Part shown: in pieces, positions 58,692 to 64,000 of the stretch
How the letters are laid out: every line of letters starts with the position of its first letter
Position numbering within the stretch: position 1 is the first letter of the stretch
Assembly (NCBI GenBank): GCA_902593945.1
Contig: CACJKA010000002.1
Span: forward strand, 80,807 to 144,806
Reading direction: 5' to 3'
From: an uncultured Candidatus Poseidoniales archaeon
GTDB lineage: Archaea; Thermoplasmatota; Poseidoniia; Poseidoniales; Thalassarchaeaceae
DNA: 64,000 nucleotides
Notes under the pieces: model-generated
What the model saw: the letters and a program-made list of their open reading frames with translations, nothing else
The model's database searches: none
Told to the model about the DNA's origin: nothing
Position numbers and translations under genes: made by a program

Positions 58692-59114
58692 TTATTCTAA
58701 TTCTTGTAATATTGCTTTTGAGAGCTCTGTTGCATCGGAATGATCTATAGGTTTTGGCTCCCAAATAAATGAATGGTTGGATTCTGGATATTTAGGAATT
58801 ATATGGAAATGAAGGTGAGGTACTGTCTGCCCAGCATTTTCTCCATTATTTTGGATAATATTGTAATCATTGGCTCCTGTGATTTTCATTATTGCTCTGC
58901 AAATCTTTGGTAGTACCTGCCCCAATGAGGCTGCGGCCTTTTCAGAAAGGCTATCCATTGTAGGCGATTCTTCTTTTGGAACTACCAACGTATGCCCTCG
59001 AGAAAGGGGATTTATATCCAAAAAAGCATAAACAGATTCATCTTCATAGATTTTATGAGAAGGTATGTTCCCAGATAATATTAAACTGAAAATAGTTTTT
59101 TCATTTCCAGCCAT
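58692..59114 (-). CDS. HIT-family (Hint-like) nucleotide hydrolase/transferase
   Basis: HTLVVPK and the histidine triad VPHLHFHIIP. Start moved to the ATG at 59114 (MAGNEKTIFS), which removes the overlap with the upstream gene. Confidence 0.9.
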   Translation of the reverse strand: MAGNEKTIFSLILSGNIPSHKIYEDESVYAFLDINPLSRGHTLVVPKEESPTMDSLSEKAAASLGQVLPKICRAIMKITGANDYNIIQNNGENAGQTVPHLHFHIIPKYPESNHSFIWEPKPIDHSDATELSKAILQELE

Positions 59115-59121
59115 TATATCA

Positions 59122-60588
59122 TTAACCCGATTTAGAAATTGCCTCAATAATTGGCACCATTGATTTGATCTGTATAGCATTAACGAGTTCGGTGTTCATT
59201 ACTCTAGATTGATCTGTTAGAGATATTTTTACTTGTTTCAATTCTTTGACATTGGAAAGATTTGTCTCATTATTATTATGAATATTCTTGGCTATATTAG
59301 CAAGTTGGTTTGAGGCCTCCCCTATTGGTTGCCCGTCTTTCGAAAAATAATTTTCTATATTTTTTGAAGCTTTGGATAATTCTTTTTCTATTATTTGGCT
59401 TCCTGCAAAATTAGTATTTTTAACCCAATTTCCAGCATGATTGCCGGCCGCCTCACCCGTGACCAAATCTTCAAGTTGTAAATTTCCTGGAAGGTAACCT
59501 TCTCCATGCATTCCTGTATTGGCGGACCTTCCAGCCGCATAAAGTCCGGTATACCACATTTTTTGAGAATTGAATGTGACACGGGCATTTTCGTCTATTG
59601 GAGCGCCCCCCAAAGTGAATGCTACTGAAGAATATACTGGTATTACTTCAGAGTTGATGTTCAGGCCTGTTCTTTCTTCAATTCGCCTAATTGTTTGAGC
59701 GTACCAAACTTTAGCGTCTGATTCAAGTGATCTCAAATCAAGGACGCAACTATCTCCCCTATCTTCTTCGCCAATCTCTAAATCTTCGCCCGAGTCTTTT
59801 CTGTATCTGCCTCCAACGCTTAAGATATCCACCGGCAAATGTAAATTTGTTCCTTTAATTGTTAAGTGATGTTTAGAAATATTAGACATGCCTTGAAGTT
59901 TTATTCCTGCTGATGCTGCCAATGAAACACCTGTTCCAGAACCTTCTGAAACATTGCTCCAAAGTCCTTGATATCCATCTGTTGCTAAAATTACTGCCTT
60001 TGCTTGTATGCCGAAAACTTCACCGGATTGGACATCTAAGACCGTGATGCCTCGTACTTGTTTACTATCCATTACCAACGATAGTGTTTGTAAATCTGCC
60101 CGCCTGACTATTCCTCTTTTGATAGTCTGTTCTTCAAGAATTCTTGTAATCTCTCGAGATGTAGAATCTCCACAACCAACGAGACGTGGTCGGCTATGGC
60201 CTTGGCAAGTTGCTGCAAAAGGCAATCCGCCTTCCCTTCTTTGTAAAACTAATCCCCAATTTTCTAACTTGGCTAAAACATTCATTGCTTCACCGCAAAC
60301 TCTTGCGGCGGCTAATTTGTTGGTTCTTTCACCTCCTGCTGAGATTGTGTCTTCACGGTGAGCAGTAGAGTCGACTTCATCAAAAGATGCTGCAAAACCA
60401 CTAACTGGCGATAAACCCGAGCCTGAACCTATGCTTTTACTATCAATTACGAGAGGTTTTGTTCCGACATCGGATGATGCTATTGCTGCTCGAAGGGCCG
60501 CTGGGCCACTACCAATAATTACAACGTCCCAAGATTCCATGGCCTCTCGGACTCTTCGAAAAGATTCCTTCTCAAGAAGATGACGCAT
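59122..60588 (-). CDS. Divergent FAD-dependent flavoprotein of the SdhA/FrdA/NadB family
   Basis: Dinucleotide-binding DVVIIGSGPAALRAAIA. Collinear blocks ILATDGY and GLYAAGRSANTGMHGEGYLPGN, where characterised members have GLYA.GE....G.HGANRLG.NSL. C-terminal helical domain. Confidence 0.75.
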   Translation of the reverse strand: MRHLLEKESFRRVREAMESWDVVIIGSGPAALRAAIASSDVGTKPLVIDSKSIGSGSGLSPVSGFAASFDEVDSTAHREDTISAGGERTNKLAAARVCGEAMNVLAKLENWGLVLQRREGGLPFAATCQGHSRPRLVGCGDSTSREITRILEEQTIKRGIVRRADLQTLSLVMDSKQVRGITVLDVQSGEVFGIQAKAVILATDGYQGLWSNVSEGSGTGVSLAASAGIKLQGMSNISKHHLTIKGTNLHLPVDILSVGGRYRKDSGEDLEIGEEDRGDSCVLDLRSLESDAKVWYAQTIRRIEERTGLNINSEVIPVYSSVAFTLGGAPIDENARVTFNSQKMWYTGLYAAGRSANTGMHGEGYLPGNLQLEDLVTGEAAGNHAGNWVKNTNFAGSQIIEKELSKASKNIENYFSKDGQPIGEASNQLANIAKNIHNNNETNLSNVKELKQVKISLTDQSRVMNTELVNAIQIKSMVPIIEAISKSG

Positions 60589-60609
60589 TGTGAGATGTCT
60601 TATTTTGGA

Positions 60610-62031
60610 TTATTCTGAAACGGAAAGTGCTAATCTTCTAACTGCCTCGGCCGCATCTGTCATCCTCACACCCGCACTTTCAGGGTGAAGGCTAGATGTG
60701 AGAGTTGTATGCATGACCGTAGAAGAAAGAGTTATTCCGTCTTCGCCGTTTATTGTTACTTGTACCGGGTGGGGCCCTGAAACAGTGCTAGGCCATGCAA
60801 CGCCTATCCACAATACCAGAGCCGCATCTAGTAATCCATCGAGAGTTACTATTTCCTTAGTCTCTGTCTTTTTACAGGGTACCCTCAGAGTCTGTATTTC
60901 CGGTTCGCCATGAGCAGTTACGATTTCAACTTCAATAGTCATATCATATTTACTACCGTTATGGACCATTACGAAAAGATCGGATTGGCCGTCGGAAGAT
61001 CTTGGCGGTAAATCTAGGTCCATTCGCCAATTATTTTCACTTAGACTTAATTCTCCATTTTTTGACGCATCATGTAATCTATCGATCAAGCGGAATAACC
61101 CCGGTTGCCAAGCCCTAGTATGCGCTAAAAGTCTCTGAATAGTATTGATATTGATTTTGTTTTCCGGATTTGTTAGATAATCCATGGAAGAAATTTTGTA
61201 AACTTCTTTTATCGAGTGGAGCATTTCTTCATTTGACAATAATCTTCTAGCATTCAGGTGTAATGCGGCTAACATATGCTCTAAAGCAGCTGCAGGTTGA
61301 TGGCCGTCCCTTACCATATCTGACAAATCATTTGACCAATCGTCCCAGCTACCTGCTGTTTCCGGATCTAAGTGTGCAACCAATACGTCAGTTAGTACTC
61401 TTTCCAATATACTATCGTGTAAAGTAGGGGCATGTAAGGAAAGGAGAGGAAAACGTCTAGAACGCATAGGTATTGATCCTTCTAAGTAGAAGGTATTCAA
61501 CCAACAAATAAAACCTAAAATTACGGCGAAGGTTATCAAAATTTGTCCAAGGACATATCCTGTTTCAAGCTCCCACACTGCGAACAAAGATAGGGCTGCT
61601 AATAGTGATGAAAAGAGCCTGACTCTTTCTCTGAGTACTCTCTCATGAAGGGTGTTGAGAATTCTTTCAACACCAGGATAGGCTTCTTTAGATTTGAAAC
61701 CACCAATTCTCAATTGGAGACGATGTCTTGCAGACATCCTAGCGAAAACAGAAGAAATATTAGGGGGTATGAGAAGTAAGAAATTTACAGCAAATATTAC
61801 TATTGCTAATTGTAAAGACGAATATTCCCAATTAGTTAGAATTACTCCCGCCGAGGTTGGGGCTGCTATAGAAAACCAAAACCTGATGGAAGGAGTGTAC
61901 CTAATTGTTGATACCCAAGTCCAGAATCTCCTCTGAGAATCGATTCTTTCGACTCTTTTTGAAAATGCCTTGTCGTCGCCCAAAGTTACCTCTGCGTAAG
62001 GAGTAGGTAACATCTCTTTAGGAGCAGGCAT
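60610..62031 (-). CDS. Hypothetical membrane protein (about 4 N-terminal TM helices plus a soluble C-terminal domain of about 270 aa)
   Basis: 473-aa ORF with an ATG start. Hydrophobic segments include FWFSIAAPTSAGVILT, LQLAIVIFAVNFLLLI, LFSSLLAALSLFAVW and ILITFAVILGFICWL. No recognised motif. Confidence 0.55.
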   Translation of the reverse strand: MPAPKEMLPTPYAEVTLGDDKAFSKRVERIDSQRRFWTWVSTIRYTPSIRFWFSIAAPTSAGVILTNWEYSSLQLAIVIFAVNFLLLIPPNISSVFARMSARHRLQLRIGGFKSKEAYPGVERILNTLHERVLRERVRLFSSLLAALSLFAVWELETGYVLGQILITFAVILGFICWLNTFYLEGSIPMRSRRFPLLSLHAPTLHDSILERVLTDVLVAHLDPETAGSWDDWSNDLSDMVRDGHQPAAALEHMLAALHLNARRLLSNEEMLHSIKEVYKISSMDYLTNPENKININTIQRLLAHTRAWQPGLFRLIDRLHDASKNGELSLSENNWRMDLDLPPRSSDGQSDLFVMVHNGSKYDMTIEVEIVTAHGEPEIQTLRVPCKKTETKEIVTLDGLLDAALVLWIGVAWPSTVSGPHPVQVTINGEDGITLSSTVMHTTLTSSLHPESAGVRMTDAAEAVRRLALSVSE

Positions 62032-62137
62032 GGCTCTACGAAGTAGTCAATATCCTTGATGCCATCGGAAGATTTTCTCAAAAATATAGGATTTTAACGA
62101 CCATCACATTTCTTGAAGCACATGCTCTCGCATATAC

Positions 62138-62214
62138 GGGCGATTAGTGTAGTCTGGATATCACCTTGGCCTCCTAAGCCGAGAACCCGGGTTCAAATCC
62201 TGGATCGCCCGCCA
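62138..62214 (+). tRNA. tRNA-Arg (anticodon CCT), CCA encoded
   Basis: GGGCGAT TA GTGT AGTCTGGATA TCAC C TTGGC CTCCTAA GCCGA GAAC CCGGG TTCAAAT CCTGG ATCGCCC G CCA forms a clean cloverleaf. Confidence 0.9.
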
Positions 62215-63354
62215 CTAAGAAAATACGAGTCCGTGACTTCTTCCAGCCTTTGCAACACGGTGAAGGAATTGTTCTAATGGTATTCTGGCATGCATTGAAT
62301 TTTGCAAGTTTTTATCACAATCTGCTAATGCATCCAATATTTCACATCTTAATTCATCAGTAATTGAAATTCTTCTACCAATGACCACCTCATGAATCTG
62401 TGAAATAACGTCTTCGGAATCTAATCCATATTCATTCATTAATTTGTCAATTTCTGCTATAGCGCCCGAAAGAATTTTCTTATTTCTACCATTCCTTTTC
62501 TCCCATTTCCATTCTACTACTTTGCCTCTTAAAGCGAGTTCAAGAAGGTGTCTACCAGCTTGCAGGGTTGTGGCTTGAATCAGTTTATGTACCGCTGATC
62601 TATCTGATGATAGGCCTCTCGAATCAAGCATTTCCAATGTAAAAATTGATTTTCTAAGATTGCCTTTACATACGTATACGATATCTCCAATCACTCCTTC
62701 ATTTTTTTCAACGTTCTCTTTATCACATATAGAATTCAAGGTCGAAACTAATTGTTCTGTAGATGTGGACGGAATTCTTATCATTTGTGTTCTGGACCTT
62801 AATGCATCAATAATCCTACTCGGAGCTCTGGCGACTAAAATAAATCTAGAGGCATTGCCGACTGTTTCCATCATACGGCGAAGATAGGCTTGGCGGATAT
62901 GGCCTAAATGGTCTGCATCTTCTAAAACAATAACTCTGCTAACGGGTACTTGTCCTTCTGGGATATCTATTTCTCGGCCTGCAGGAGGTAAATCGGATTC
63001 TTTAGTCTGCATAATTCCTCTATCAAAAGCATCCAAAGACATACGTCCAGCTAATGTATCAGAAGAAGTGGTGCCGCCCGGTCTCAAAAAATTTTCAAAT
63101 TTGGCCATGGCACCACTAGATCTTGCCAAATCTCGGCATTGTAAAATGTGTGTAGTAGATTTCCACCCTGGGCCAAGCATTTGCCTAGCAACTAATTTCC
63201 AAGATGCTGTCTTTCCAACTCCGGCGGGTCCCGTAATTAGTAAATTTGGAGGATTTGGAGATAAACTAGCAGAAGTTAATGCTTGGCGCAAATTTTGAGG
63301 TATAGAGAGTTCTGCAAAAGTTCGTGGAGAATGTTGACTAAGCCAGCTTGCCAC
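62215..63354 (-). CDS. Divergent replication factor C (clamp loader) small-subunit-like AAA+ protein
   Basis: N-terminal WLSQHSPRTFAEL (compare W.EKYRP). Walker A LLITGPAGVGKTA. Walker B VIVLEDADHL. RFILVARAPSRIIDALRSRTQMIRI (compare RFIL..N....II..I.SRC). An insertion of about 80 aa lies between Walker A and Walker B. GTG start. Confidence 0.7.
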   Translation of the reverse strand: MASWLSQHSPRTFAELSIPQNLRQALTSASLSPNPPNLLITGPAGVGKTASWKLVARQMLGPGWKSTTHILQCRDLARSSGAMAKFENFLRPGGTTSSDTLAGRMSLDAFDRGIMQTKESDLPPAGREIDIPEGQVPVSRVIVLEDADHLGHIRQAYLRRMMETVGNASRFILVARAPSRIIDALRSRTQMIRIPSTSTEQLVSTLNSICDKENVEKNEGVIGDIVYVCKGNLRKSIFTLEMLDSRGLSSDRSAVHKLIQATTLQAGRHLLELALRGKVVEWKWEKRNGRNKKILSGAIAEIDKLMNEYGLDSEDVISQIHEVVIGRRISITDELRCEILDALADCDKNLQNSMHARIPLEQFLHRVAKAGRSHGLVFS

Positions 63355-63394
63355 GGCATAGCGTCAAAGTGAGGGCTCTTGAATTGAACGATTT

Positions 63395-63685
63395 TTATTC
63401 TGCCTTCAAAATCTTATGACGGCCGCCTTTACGAGGCTTGACAAATATTCTGTAACCGCAGGATCTACATGATTTTCCTGTTGAGCCTGCTTCAGTCCAT
63501 GTTAATTGTCCACAACGAAGACATTTGTATCGTATTTCCAAAGGATCCATTGCGGACTCACAATGGTTGCACCTAGGTAGTTCGGTTTCACTCCATGGCC
63601 TTCTGTCAGTACGGTTGCACTGGCGGCATTTGTGAAGAATTAGTTTCTCAGCGCTCTTTACCATCAAACCCGCCGACTGGCGCAC
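63395..63685 (-). CDS. rpoP: RpoP (Rpo12)-like zinc-ribbon protein; the long ORF form carries a second N-terminal CxxC...CxxC ribbon
   Basis: The C-terminal 51 aa (MDPLEIRYKCLRCGQ...SCRSCGYRIFVKPRKGGRHKILKAE) fit the RpoP pattern Y.C..CG...RC..CGYRI..K.RK. An internal ATG at 63550 would give a canonical-size RpoP. The upstream 45 codons are open and encode CRQC...CNHC. Confidence 0.65.
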   Translation of the reverse strand: MRQSAGLMVKSAEKLILHKCRQCNRTDRRPWSETELPRCNHCESAMDPLEIRYKCLRCGQLTWTEAGSTGKSCRSCGYRIFVKPRKGGRHKILKAE

Positions 63686-63707
63686 CCTTCTTCAATCTGT
63701 GGTTGAA

Positions 63708-64000
63708 TTATTGAGCGCTACGTGCCCTCAAACAGACTGCAACAAAGTTCTCAAAAATCTTGGCCCCATACTCGGAGTCATTCACTTCTGGATGGAATTG
63801 GAGTCCAAATCGGTCACTTGTATCGTTCTCCATAGCTTGAACTGCACAGTTATCACTTACTGCTGTGATTTTGAATCCCTTTGGAACGTCAATGACCTCG
63901 TCATTATGACTCTCCCAGACTCCTTGTTTCTCTGGAGTTTCAATAAATAATTCTCCCCCCCCATCGATCAATTCTATTGTTGCTGCCCCGAATTCTGGTC
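63708..64000 (-). CDS. guaA: GMP synthase, glutamine amidotransferase subunit (class I GATase); 5' end outside the window
   Basis: ESHNDEVIDVPKGF...AVQAMENDTSDRFGLQFHPEV (His-Pro-Glu of the triad). The frame stays open upstream of the track's TTG at 63971 (…PEFGAATIELIDGGG), so the gene continues past position 64000. Confidence 0.85.
   Translation of the reverse strand, partial: PEFGAATIELIDGGGELFIETPEKQGVWESHNDEVIDVPKGFKITAVSDNCAVQAMENDTSDRFGLQFHPEVNDSEYGAKIFENFVAVCLRARSAQ

Overview
Gene-dense, visibly AT-rich chromosomal segment from an archaeon. All calls come from reading the translations and motif recognition from memory; no database search was run.

Archaeal information-processing genes:
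- TFB, topoisomerase VI B and A, and the RpoN / S9 / L13 / L18e cluster
- an RpoP-like zinc-ribbon protein, a divergent RFC-like clamp-loader subunit, Trm1, and two PAC2-type proteasome chaperone paralogs

Bacterial-type genes mixed in: NAD-dependent LigA, PanD, RlmH, a DnaQ-like exonuclease, an LPLAT/PlsC-like acyltransferase, a LivH/LivJ-type ABC transporter, ArgO and an NfuA-like protein. This mosaic, together with two giant acidic surface proteins (2659 and 1692 aa), fits a marine planktonic euryarchaeon such as Marine Group II / Poseidoniales. That placement is inference only.

Housekeeping metabolism: purM, moaA, icd, an aconitase-family enzyme, class II (AdoCbl) ribonucleotide reductase plus a PduO-type adenosyltransferase, and the guaA amidotransferase subunit.

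I support 3 tRNA genes: Arg-GCG, Pro-GGG and Arg-CCT. I found no rRNA, CRISPR array, integrase, transposase or prophage-like content.

The window looks like core chromosome rather than an obvious accessory island. The items most worth a second look:
1. A 1037-aa lipoprotein fusing three solute-binding domains, with an internal tandem duplication and an apparently circularly permuted PBP2 domain.
2. A 1122-aa helical protein ending in an apparently intact PIN nuclease domain.
3. A co-directional five-gene cluster: a multi-pass membrane protein, a divergent SdhA/NadB-like flavoprotein, a HIT protein, a membrane acyltransferase and an unknown protein.
4. A DnaQ-like / Cas4-like / LigA neighbourhood.
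5. Convergent genes that abut or overlap at their stop codons at 11 of 13 junctions.

I could not identify a clearly delimited novel multi-gene system with confidence.
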